DNA of 64,000 nucleotides from a virus. This document shows, one piece after another, positions 9,743-18,665 of this stretch. Numbering within the stretch: the first letter of the stretch is position 1; each line of letters starts with the position of its first letter. The position numbers and the translations under genes are program-made. The stretch lies in the IMG/VR virus record IMGVR_UViG_3300045988_081755; one strand, 5' to 3'. The notes beneath the pieces are model-generated. The model ran no database searches. It was not told where the DNA came from and saw nothing but the letters and a program-made list of their open reading frames with translations.

Positions 9743-11128
9743 TTAATCGTCAGATTTTACCTTCACCATCACACCCTCGTATTCACCCGTTCCAGCCGGA
9801 GTTGGTACAGTAAACAGTTCTGAGCCACCGTTTGAAGTCGTAGTTTCGAAGTCCCAATAATCAGCCTGAGTGTCCTCTACGAACGTAGCTGTGTAAACAG
9901 TATCAGCAGAAGCCACAACGTCCTGAATTGCGGTTTGGTTGAACGCCACACCACCTTTCAGCCAGCCAGCAAACTTGTATCCAGGAACAGCCTGTGCGCA
10001 TATCTGTACAGTTGTGCCCATAGGAACGGAAATTGACTCTTCGGCTTTCGTTATCGTCGCTGAATTGTTAATTGAAACAGCTCCTTGAGATACACCACCG
10101 CTGGCTGTCTTGACGGTAATCTTCACATCTTGAATCGGGTCGGGGTCTTCTTCGAGAACAATATTCAAAGTTTCATTCTTTCCAATTACAGTATAGTTTC
10201 CGGACTTCGTCAAGTATCCTGGCTTGGATACTGACCAAATCAAAGTACGACCATCTATCGCCTCTACGCTGTTAGTAACCACACCATCAATGATTACTTT
10301 CGCATCCGCCGGAGTCGGGTTGATTGTTATCGTATAAGTCTGACCAGAACCTCCAGAGCCACCCAATGTCCAGTATTGAGTTCTTTCATCCAATATCGTT
10401 ACTGAACCACCATTGTTACGGATACGAGCAATGTAATACTCATTGGCATCCTTTGGCGGCATAGTGCCCTCTGATGGCTCTGGTACGAGAGTCAATTTAT
10501 ACGTGTCAAACGTATATAAGCCTTCCAACTGTTCGTCGGTAAAACGACGTCCCATCGGTATGCTACCCAATACGATAACTCGAAGTTGAGTTTCAGCTTG
10601 AAACGCCACACCGCTCGAAAGAACAACGTTATTCGCATTGATGATATCTACAATCTGATAGACCTGATTGTTTAAAGGCTGTGAACCGTCATCCTTCACA
10701 AACCGAATGCAGGTAGGAACGCCAGAACTTTGCCCTCTAACAATTCCCTGAAAATTGACAGTTCCGGAAACGTTTCCGGAAGTATCTACTTGAACATATC
10801 CGTTCTCGTAATTTCTTGAATCGGGACTAACTTTCAACCAGTAATATTTCTGGTCATTAGGAATCGGGAAGTCAAGCTGGTTATCAACTCGGTATCCTTT
10901 CAAGTCAGAACCGATAACGTAGCCACCCACCATATTGATTGCTCCCAATGTGGTAGACGCTGTTACCTTAAATGCTGACCCTGCTTTTCCTCCTGGAGAT
11001 ACCAAACCGAAGGAGAGGGAAGCGGCAAAGATTGCCGACACTTCAGGTTTCTCGTTCAGGAATGTCATCATCCGAGTGAGCTCTTCCTTTTCGAGGAACG
11101 TACCTCTGTGAATGTTTATCTTACTCAT
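9743..11128 (-). CDS. tail fibre / receptor-binding-type structural protein
   Basis: 461 aa and beta-rich. A Listeria-Bacteroides-like repeat lies near the C-terminus (VPGYKFAGWLKGG). It sits next to the baseplate module. Confidence 0.5.
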   Translation of the reverse strand: MSKINIHRGTFLEKEELTRMMTFLNEKPEVSAIFAASLSFGLVSPGGKAGSAFKVTASTTLGAINMVGGYVIGSDLKGYRVDNQLDFPIPNDQKYYWLKVSPDSRNYENGYVQVDTSGNVSGTVNFQGIVRGQSSGVPTCIRFVKDDGSQPLNNQVYQIVDIINANNVVLSSGVAFQAETQLRVIVLGSIPMGRRFTDEQLEGLYTFDTYKLTLVPEPSEGTMPPKDANEYYIARIRNNGGSVTILDERTQYWTLGGSGGSGQTYTITINPTPADAKVIIDGVVTNSVEAIDGRTLIWSVSKPGYLTKSGNYTVIGKNETLNIVLEEDPDPIQDVKITVKTASGGVSQGAVSINNSATITKAEESISVPMGTTVQICAQAVPGYKFAGWLKGGVAFNQTAIQDVVASADTVYTATFVEDTQADYWDFETTTSNGGSELFTVPTPAGTGEYEGVMVKVKSDD

Positions 11129-11142
11129 ATTATCAAAATTTA

Positions 11143-13491
11143 TTACTGTCCTTGTTGGTCAATTTCAATTCTTATCGGAGTGTCTCCAGCATCGCCTGAT
11201 GACGGTGTCACTTTTGCCCAATCTTCTGGTAACGGGTCAAGTGCCCATTTCTTAGAAGATGAAACAACGATTGTCTGGATACCACCTGTTGCCGGAAGTT
11301 GTACAGCCGACGGAGTAAACCTCAATTCGCTATTTCTTTCGAAAACAGCTTGAATTTCAAGGTCATGGTCTCCAATCCAATATTGAGTCGGGTTTCGAGT
11401 ATCCTCTGTAGAGTCGGTGATAATTCGCCATTTTAAGAACGTATAACCCGGACTTGGTGTTGCTGTAAGGGTTATCTCGGTTCTCGGTAAACGGCTTCCC
11501 TCAACGGTCGCTGTTCCCCATCCTGGCTCGATTATCTCAACATCTACATTCATAGGCAAGTTCATAACGACATTGACTGTTTGGTCTTGAGACATCATTA
11601 TGCTACCATCCGTTGAAACACCTCTGGAAGATACAGTATAATAAACCATATTATCCATTGGAACTTCAAAACGAACATAGCCATTTGAATCTGTCTTGGA
11701 TTCAAAGCCATTACTCAATGTAATAACTGCACCCTCTACTGGTGCACCGTCAAGTTCTCGCTTAACATTGAACGTCAAGAAGTAGGAAGTTCTCACTACC
11801 CAATCCAACCAAGTGTACGATACGACATTCTTGTAGGAAACAAGATACCGTCTTACGAACTCTTCAATATCATCTTTCGTTCTTGCTGATTTGATTTGAG
11901 CATACATCGCTATCACATTCTTCTGTCCGAGATACCCCTGTGAAAATGGAAGGTCAAGAGGTTTCAACACTATTCCTGCAATTTGAATATCGGCAGAAAT
12001 CATGTCTCGATTCTGAACGATATATGGAGCCATATACTTCACATCACCGATAAACCTCAGCGGTCTTCCATTTTCAAAATTCAAATACAGGCTTTCGTCT
12101 TTCTCCTCAAGAATGTTATAGATGATTCCTCTCAAACGATAATATATTCCTGGAACTTTACATGGACTCTGGTAACGGTCTCCAGTAAAGAAACTGTTCG
12201 TTTCGCGCCAATCAGTGATTCTAACCTGATTGATAAGATTCATATTGGCATCGTAACAGTTCACCCCGAACTCGATGTTCTGGTCACCCATACTCAACGA
12301 CTTCACCCAAACAGTCATTTCGTAATCAAGTCCTGGATAGACCTCCATCGCCTTGCTTGTATCGGCTTCGGTTGATATACCTACTCTTCCCGAGCCTGTT
12401 GGTTGAAAGACGTACAGATTATCAACAAACTTTCTCCGAACATCTCCCAATATAGGGTAATCTTTCAGTGGTCCAACTCCAACCGTATAAGACTCGGAAA
12501 ACTCAGCCGGAACATCTTCTCCAGTATAGATTTGCCAAGGATACTTTGTTTGAATCTCGTTTTCAACAGGAGAACCCGTTCTCTTCATTTGTAGTTCATC
12601 TTCCTTGAACTGTATCAAGTCGGCAAACGTATCACCTGCATAGTCTGGTCCATAATCCCAACCTTTCGAAACAGCATTGACAGTTTCTGTCCCATACCAA
12701 GTAGGAGAAGACCATCCTAAACACCACCCCACATTTTGCGGAGCCAATACAGCAAAGATGAACTCATTTGGTTTTGAATAACCCACCAGACGTCTTAGTT
12801 CCCCCTCTATCGTTCCCCCTGTATCAACTATCTGATACGTTCCTCGTTTGTAGAACTCTTGAATCCAATTATTAAACAGGTAACGACGCTGGTCAAGTGT
12901 ATCGATGTTTTCGTACACCAATCCCCAACCCTCAATAAATTCCTTCATCAAGAGGTCGCTGTTCTCTAACTGTCTAAATTGACGAGCATAAATTACGATG
13001 AACGCAAAGTAGTGCGTAATTGTCAGGAAGAATGTATTATAATCGTCCTCGTTATTACGGCTCACGTACAATGGGACTATTCCAGGCTCAAACAGCTTCT
13101 CTAAGACATTTATTGCCCATATCAGAACCTGTGGGTCGTTGCTATCAAAGAACGTCTTAAAAATCGTCTTATCGTAAATCGTTGATGATAGGGGTTCGTC
13201 GTATGGGGAAATTAATGCTCTTGTCTTGGGAAAGCCATACGGCTCTACCACATACTCGAGTACCAAATCAAAACTATCAGTGAGCCGACCCAGCTCACTG
13301 AATGTTTCTTTTGTCAGAGTCGTCCAATCGGTGAACGATTCACCCCCATCTTTTGAGTACCGAAACAGATTGGTCTCACCCTGTCGTGCTGCTCGCAATA
13401 CAGGTATAAGTCCAGCTGGCGGAATCACTTGAGTATGAATCGTGAACCCCTTTCCGACTCTGGGAAATTCTTTATACTTTATTGTTGCCAT
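11143..13491 (-). CDS. large tail fibre / baseplate-distal protein with CarboxypepD_reg-like, Flg_new-like and a complete BACON-like domain
   Basis: Motifs: GAVITLSNGFESKTDSNGYVRFEV and GYTFLKWRI. The C-terminal module is LRFTPSAVQLPATGGIQTIVVSSSKKWAL...DWAKVTPSSGDAGDT...IEIDQ. Confidence 0.5.
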   Translation of the reverse strand: MATIKYKEFPRVGKGFTIHTQVIPPAGLIPVLRAARQGETNLFRYSKDGGESFTDWTTLTKETFSELGRLTDSFDLVLEYVVEPYGFPKTRALISPYDEPLSSTIYDKTIFKTFFDSNDPQVLIWAINVLEKLFEPGIVPLYVSRNNEDDYNTFFLTITHYFAFIVIYARQFRQLENSDLLMKEFIEGWGLVYENIDTLDQRRYLFNNWIQEFYKRGTYQIVDTGGTIEGELRRLVGYSKPNEFIFAVLAPQNVGWCLGWSSPTWYGTETVNAVSKGWDYGPDYAGDTFADLIQFKEDELQMKRTGSPVENEIQTKYPWQIYTGEDVPAEFSESYTVGVGPLKDYPILGDVRRKFVDNLYVFQPTGSGRVGISTEADTSKAMEVYPGLDYEMTVWVKSLSMGDQNIEFGVNCYDANMNLINQVRITDWRETNSFFTGDRYQSPCKVPGIYYRLRGIIYNILEEKDESLYLNFENGRPLRFIGDVKYMAPYIVQNRDMISADIQIAGIVLKPLDLPFSQGYLGQKNVIAMYAQIKSARTKDDIEEFVRRYLVSYKNVVSYTWLDWVVRTSYFLTFNVKRELDGAPVEGAVITLSNGFESKTDSNGYVRFEVPMDNMVYYTVSSRGVSTDGSIMMSQDQTVNVVMNLPMNVDVEIIEPGWGTATVEGSRLPRTEITLTATPSPGYTFLKWRIITDSTEDTRNPTQYWIGDHDLEIQAVFERNSELRFTPSAVQLPATGGIQTIVVSSSKKWALDPLPEDWAKVTPSSGDAGDTPIRIEIDQQGQ

Positions 13492-13492
13492 T

Positions 13493-13963
13493 TCATTTCT
13501 TGAATTTTCTCAATAGCCAAAAGACTCCTCCACCCACTGTTGCTATACCAGCGTAGAAGAATATCTTCTCCCACCAGCGAAGCGGCATACGGGTTGGCAC
13601 CTCGACTTTCTTCTCAACTTCAACAGGATAGGGAGCCGGAATTTCCTTGATAACTTCCCTGTCTTTATACACTACTTTGACAGGGATGCTATCCTGTTTG
13701 TTTTCAATATCATGCTCAAGCAAACCTGACTCTCCATGATATGTTGCAGTCGAACGAGCATACTTCGTTTCAACCGTGCTTGTCGTGTCAGGTGTAATGT
13801 TCTTGACATACTCCTTTTCAATCTGAACCTGAACGACCGTGTCCCTCACTGTTTCCGTTACAGTAACCGTCTTTTCAACAGGAATATAAATCTTACGACT
13901 GCACGCAGCAATCATAAGAACTATCCCAACCAGCATAAGAGCCTTTTTCAAAATACTTTTCAT
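13493..13963 (-). CDS. lipoprotein with C-terminal transmembrane helix (unimolecular-spanin-like)
   Basis: The start was moved to the ATG in an AAGATTATG context, because the tracked start is TTG. The signal peptide has a lipobox (LMIAAC). The C-terminus is IFFYAGIATVGGGVFWLL followed by RKFKK. Confidence 0.5.
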   Translation of the reverse strand: MKSILKKALMLVGIVLMIAACSRKIYIPVEKTVTVTETVRDTVVQVQIEKEYVKNITPDTTSTVETKYARSTATYHGESGLLEHDIENKQDSIPVKVVYKDREVIKEIPAPYPVEVEKKVEVPTRMPLRWWEKIFFYAGIATVGGGVFWLLRKFKK

Positions 13964-13970
13964 AATCTTT

Positions 13971-14429
13971 TTATTCAATGGTTATCCACACTTCTCGCCC
14001 TGCTTTGATAGCTTCACGAACCATTTTCTTTACCCTTTCGGACGCATTAAATTGATTCTGTAACCGCTCTCTTCCAGGAACTCTATCCCCAACAAGAATA
14101 CATCCTTCAGTATGCCCAGCGTTGGCTCCAGCATGAATAAGTATCCCCAAGAAATGAGGCACGTTTTCCAAAGCAGGATACTCTTTCCCAAATTTAGGAG
14201 AGTACCGATATATTACTTTATAACGTCCTGCCGGAATACAGGTTTCTCCATACACCTTTTCAGGGCATTTACACGCAACTCCCCTTGGAGTATTAGGACA
14301 GGTATCCGGAAGTTTGCGCTGAGTATCTTCCAGAGTGTCAGCTATCCTCAACCCATCATGAGATAAAACTCCCATTGTCGCAGTTGGGGAAAATTCCTGA
14401 CGAATAAGTTTTAATTCTAAATTGCCCAT
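13971..14429 (-). CDS. DUF5675-like protein (IHxGxxxxxTxGCI motif; possible cell-wall enzyme)
   Basis: The pattern ELKLIR...GVL...TLED...IPAGRYKV...SPKF...PHFLGILIHAGANAGHTEGCILVG matches DUF5675 family proteins as I recall them. Confidence 0.5.
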   Translation of the reverse strand: MGNLELKLIRQEFSPTATMGVLSHDGLRIADTLEDTQRKLPDTCPNTPRGVACKCPEKVYGETCIPAGRYKVIYRYSPKFGKEYPALENVPHFLGILIHAGANAGHTEGCILVGDRVPGRERLQNQFNASERVKKMVREAIKAGREVWITIE

Positions 14430-14490
14430 ATCGTTTATCTTTTAAAATTCAACAGCGTAAAAATACAGCAAAAATTCTCTTGAAACAAGT

Positions 14491-15663
14491 CTAATTTGCG
14501 GGATAGAACACGGGTGAGAACTCGTTTGACGAGTCAAACATCACATTTCCTTCCAAGTCTCTCATTATGAATTTCTTGATTCTTGGTAGCATGAAATCTG
14601 ATACAGGCTCATCGACAGACGGCTTGAACCATTCAGAAGCCACATAGCGAACCCCCTCTGTATTCTTAACTATCTCTAACAGGTTATCCCACTCAACTCG
14701 CTGACCAGCTTCCCAGAAACGGAAGTCAAGATACTTCGTCATTCCAACCTGTATGTTCTTTCTTACGACAGCCGTATCGTAGCCAGCTTCCAACTCACAA
14801 CGAAAATCAACTCCGGCTTCACCACCGACCTCATACCATGTTGCATTCTCAAGTTTAATCCCCATTAGCTTGCCAGATACTATCATATCCCCAATTCCGA
14901 AATACGGAGTAGCCTTATCAAGCAAGGTTTTCAACTCTGCGTAGGAAAGCTCTTGACCGTTCTGAGTCGCTAACTGAATATGAATGAATGAGTCTTCCAT
15001 AATTCCAACAAACATAATCTTGAGAATTCGATTATCGAAATTTTGAAAGATTTGTGTCAGCTTCTCTATCGTGGCTGTCGCATACACGTTTTGATGATTC
15101 AGGATTCTCCTCCTGAACATTTCATCACTTTCAGTATCACGACCACCAATTGCATAATATTCATTCGTACACTCGTAATGACCCTGCGGAATTGGATTCA
15201 CGGTTGTGATACTATTCGCATCTACATTCGTAAACCGTCCTATTGCCTCGCTTCGCACCTTTACATAACCATACCCCGACTCGCCAACTGTAAGAGAGTT
15301 TTCGATGGCGAAACGAACCCCATTAGTGCTGACAAAGGTATTCACTCCAGCCGTGTACGTTGTTCCTGGTTCAGCATACACTCGTATATAAGTAGAAGAA
15401 CCCAACGCACCATAACGAGCCGTCACCCCAAACAAGGACGCTGCCCTATCAAGATAATCCCCAGAAGCGGTTTCTGGAAAGATTTGTGTCTCGACTATCG
15501 CCACATCCTTGATAGCCTTTTGCGCAACTTTTGCCGATGCATATGCAGCGGCATTCAAGACGGAATTATCAGTGATGTCAGATACCTTGTCCGTCTTGTT
15601 TAAGAATGTTTCAACCCAAAGATTCTTCAGGAATGAAATAGTATTATTTACTTTTGTTATCAT
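14491..15663 (-). CDS. baseplate J-like wedge protein
   Basis: The pattern LDRAASLFGVTARYGALGSSTYIRVYAEPGTTYTAGVNTFVSTNGVRF is typical of gpJ/gp47. The gene lies in the baseplate module. Confidence 0.6.
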   Translation of the reverse strand: MITKVNNTISFLKNLWVETFLNKTDKVSDITDNSVLNAAAYASAKVAQKAIKDVAIVETQIFPETASGDYLDRAASLFGVTARYGALGSSTYIRVYAEPGTTYTAGVNTFVSTNGVRFAIENSLTVGESGYGYVKVRSEAIGRFTNVDANSITTVNPIPQGHYECTNEYYAIGGRDTESDEMFRRRILNHQNVYATATIEKLTQIFQNFDNRILKIMFVGIMEDSFIHIQLATQNGQELSYAELKTLLDKATPYFGIGDMIVSGKLMGIKLENATWYEVGGEAGVDFRCELEAGYDTAVVRKNIQVGMTKYLDFRFWEAGQRVEWDNLLEIVKNTEGVRYVASEWFKPSVDEPVSDFMLPRIKKFIMRDLEGNVMFDSSNEFSPVFYPAN

Positions 15664-16580
15664 ATCTGAATATTTGTTACAAGAAAATTATTCGTTACTG
15701 TCTTCACCTGTATCTTCATGAAGATAGCGTCTTCCTTCCTGTACAGGTCAAGAAGATTTACTGATACCCACCGAGCGTCCCTTTGAAACATATTCACCAA
15801 GTGTTTGAACAGGGACGGATACTGTATGGCATTCACGGAAGAACCGATAGCCTCATTAGGAAGCCCATAATTCGGAAACTCCGGAATTGTACCTTTCAAA
15901 GCATGAATGATTGTGTCCAAAGCCTGCCCAATAGCAGCCTCGTATTCAAGCGTCGCCAAGTCATCGTTCTCAAACCGAAAGTTCTTATCGATGTCCTTAC
16001 CGAGTATCTTTTCAGAATCAAGGTTATCAACAATATTCGGAATATTGAAATTCCCCGATGTTCTGATATTAATCTTGAACATTCCTCCACCTGTATTCGC
16101 ATCGTAGTCCTCTTCCTCTACTGCGTTATTTCGAGCAATATCTACCCAATCATCCTGAGGATTGTTCGAGCCTAACTGTGATGATACATTCTCAAACGTT
16201 TCCCGAGTCTTAAGAACTCTTTGAAGAGCAACATTCATTCCGTACCGTCCAATAATAGCTGAACGCAACCATCGTGATGAATTGTCTATCGTCCACAACT
16301 TCGTTTGGCATTCAGTGAACATATCAAGCAATTCCCAAGAATCAATCCTGGAAAGACCTGTCGCCTTTAATGTGAACAACGGCTCAATTTCCTGCGATTG
16401 CTTCATCAGGGTGTCAAGCCTACCAAACGAGTCCCCAATATTGACATCGTCTTGACCTGTATAGTAAGCAACTATCAGTGGATAGTAGGAGTTGCAAAAC
16501 AATGCAAACGACTCAAAGTACGATTGAATGTCGTACCCTGTTTGTTTCTTAAATGTCTCTAATGCGTCTCTCATAACCAT
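15660..16580 (-). CDS. baseplate-associated protein (hypothetical)
   Basis: 306-aa ORF coupled by overlap to the J-like gene. Confidence 0.4.
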   Translation of the reverse strand: MVMRDALETFKKQTGYDIQSYFESFALFCNSYYPLIVAYYTGQDDVNIGDSFGRLDTLMKQSQEIEPLFTLKATGLSRIDSWELLDMFTECQTKLWTIDNSSRWLRSAIIGRYGMNVALQRVLKTRETFENVSSQLGSNNPQDDWVDIARNNAVEEEDYDANTGGGMFKINIRTSGNFNIPNIVDNLDSEKILGKDIDKNFRFENDDLATLEYEAAIGQALDTIIHALKGTIPEFPNYGLPNEAIGSSVNAIQYPSLFKHLVNMFQRDARWVSVNLLDLYRKEDAIFMKIQVKTVTNNFLVTNIQI

Positions 16581-17365
16581 CCCTCCAATACTGTTTCGGT
16601 CACAGGCTGTAAAGCATCTGTCACCACTGACGCAACTTCATTGACTCCTGTCTGTATCATCGAAGGAAGTAACTTGTCCAACAAGGATTTATCATTCTTG
16701 TTAGACACGGCTTCCAACGGAGCCAACGCAATCATCGTCATATTATAGTTCCATACCATATTCTTCGACAAGTCCTGTGAAAACTGCACTCCGGATGGCG
16801 GAATAGAAACGAGGTAACTTTCCCCGAGTGCCATATTATAGAAGTACAGCCTCAATGGTCTCCCACTTTCATCAAGACCAACGCTCTTACTTATCATTGC
16901 TTGAAGTATCTTCATCACGCCATAACCTGTCTTAACATTCAGATTGAAATTCGAAAATGCAAGTCCTGAAATTGAACCGCTCTTCTTAGTGATGTCAAAC
17001 AAATGATATTTTCCTGCACTGACGCTTTTGCTTGACGCATCAATGCTCACGGATGGCTTCGGATTAATTAGTATCTTGAACTGCCGACCAAAACTCCCCT
17101 TAATGTTAATTTCCTGAGGCGAATAGGAAGGAGTCGACAATACTGTTACTCCTGCCATCGACTTCTTGATATTAGTTCGGGTTGGTTCTGTCTTCGATAT
17201 AGAATCCGGCATTATAGGAAACGTCAGATAATCTATCGTGTTGTCGTTACTATCCGCAAGTTCCAAAGCAACCATGTACCATTCGAAGTCATTAGGATAC
17301 AAGCTCGCAAGAGCCTGTCCCCCGATTGACTTCGCCATGTTCATAACTGTATCTAATGCAGACAT
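16571..17365 (-). CDS. baseplate-associated protein (hypothetical)
   Basis: 264-aa ORF overlapping the next gene, with its own TATATTTG box upstream. Confidence 0.4.
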   Translation of the reverse strand: MSALDTVMNMAKSIGGQALASLYPNDFEWYMVALELADSNDNTIDYLTFPIMPDSISKTEPTRTNIKKSMAGVTVLSTPSYSPQEINIKGSFGRQFKILINPKPSVSIDASSKSVSAGKYHLFDITKKSGSISGLAFSNFNLNVKTGYGVMKILQAMISKSVGLDESGRPLRLYFYNMALGESYLVSIPPSGVQFSQDLSKNMVWNYNMTMIALAPLEAVSNKNDKSLLDKLLPSMIQTGVNEVASVVTDALQPVTETVLEGWL

Positions 17366-17382
17366 ATCTTTTAAATTTTCTA

Positions 17383-17390
17383 CAAATATA
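17383..17390 (-). promoter_or_regulatory. -7 promoter element TATATTTG
   Basis: Exact TAnnTTTG, 18 nt upstream of ATG 17365. Confidence 0.4.
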
Positions 17391-17398
17391 GTAAATCT

Positions 17399-17620
17399 CT
17401 ACAAAATTTTTCCCGTACTTGTCGTTGCCCCTGTCTGAGCAGCAGCAGTACCAGTGGTCGAAACAGTGATTCCAGGTTGAACCTCTCCCGTCTTGACAAA
17501 CGTATCAATCGCATCCGCCATGCCGTTTGCAAACTTACTATCGTCAATCTCAGTTTCTTTTCTTATTTGCGTCATCAATGAAAGTATTGATTGCGCAAGT
17601 CCTGCTTTATCTAATGGCAT
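17399..17620 (-). CDS. small tail/baseplate protein (hypothetical)
   Basis: 73-aa ORF with a GATTATG start, inside the baseplate module. Confidence 0.4.
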   Translation of the reverse strand: MPLDKAGLAQSILSLMTQIRKETEIDDSKFANGMADAIDTFVKTGEVQPGITVSTTGTAAAQTGATTSTGKIL

Positions 17621-17624
17621 AATC

Positions 17625-18665
17625 TTATTTATTAAAAAATTGTTTCAATAAACCGTTTAACTCAGTTGTCTTCTGTATCGTAGGAGGTAATGGTGTCCCG
17701 CTCGGTCCAACAGCCGTTGAAACTGTTAGCGTGGCGATAGCATCTACAATTTTTGTCAGGAGTTCATTCAACCCTGTCCCTCCATTGATAATTGACATCT
17801 TTCCATTTCTTATTTCAATCATTGCATCGCCCTGAGACAGAGTAGCTTTCTTATCCTCGAAACGCAGGGTGCAATCAAAGATTGTCGTCTCCGCTTTATT
17901 CTCGTTGACGGTATGATTATACTGGGTTTCCCCCACCTTTGTTTCTGTCACGAACCCTTGCTCGGTTATAGTCGTTTTTGAGAAGTTTTTATCGTCTCCC
18001 TCACCATACGTAGCAGAAACGGTCATTTCTTCCTTATTGATGCTTATTCCCGACTCATTTTCGGTGACAGGGTCTATCAGTTTAGCAGTGAGCTCTTCGA
18101 AAGCCTCTACTTCCACTTTCTTGTTAGCGGAAACTTTCACTGTACCCGTTGAACCTACCTCAAGAAGAGCGTTCTCGTCTCCAAGCGCATTTATCTTAAG
18201 AGTCCCGAACTGTTGCCCTCTAATTGAAATGAACAACGTTCCTCTCTTTGCACTACCTGTAATGCTCAAAGAACCCTTATCCCATTCACGAAGAATTGAA
18301 AACTCTTCATCGCTTCTCATAGGGATACGACCATTCGTTGAAATAAAGGTTCCGATAATCATCGGCTGGTTCATGTACGATTGTGCTATCCACATCACCG
18401 GAGTTCCCTTCTCCCCAACCTTTCTTGGAAAGGTTATATTCTGAAGAGCCTCGTTTGAAATGAAGCATTCGTGAATGACGTTCCCTTCACTATCATCAAT
18501 GATTGATATCTTATTCGTTCGAAAACAGGTGTCAACGAACTTATCACGGTCGACTCCTTCCGGAATTAGAACGTATCCAAATCCAGTTGTTTGCTGAACC
18601 GTTCCTTGCTTACGAACAGGGGAAACTCCTTGTTTCCCCACCTTTTTGACTCTAATCGTTGCCAT
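17625..18665 (-). CDS. baseplate hub/spike candidate
   Basis: 346-aa beta-rich ORF. The call rests only on its position between the post-tape-measure protein and the wedge genes. Confidence 0.35.
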   Translation of the reverse strand: MATIRVKKVGKQGVSPVRKQGTVQQTTGFGYVLIPEGVDRDKFVDTCFRTNKISIIDDSEGNVIHECFISNEALQNITFPRKVGEKGTPVMWIAQSYMNQPMIIGTFISTNGRIPMRSDEEFSILREWDKGSLSITGSAKRGTLFISIRGQQFGTLKINALGDENALLEVGSTGTVKVSANKKVEVEAFEELTAKLIDPVTENESGISINKEEMTVSATYGEGDDKNFSKTTITEQGFVTETKVGETQYNHTVNENKAETTIFDCTLRFEDKKATLSQGDAMIEIRNGKMSIINGGTGLNELLTKIVDAIATLTVSTAVGPSGTPLPPTIQKTTELNGLLKQFFNK

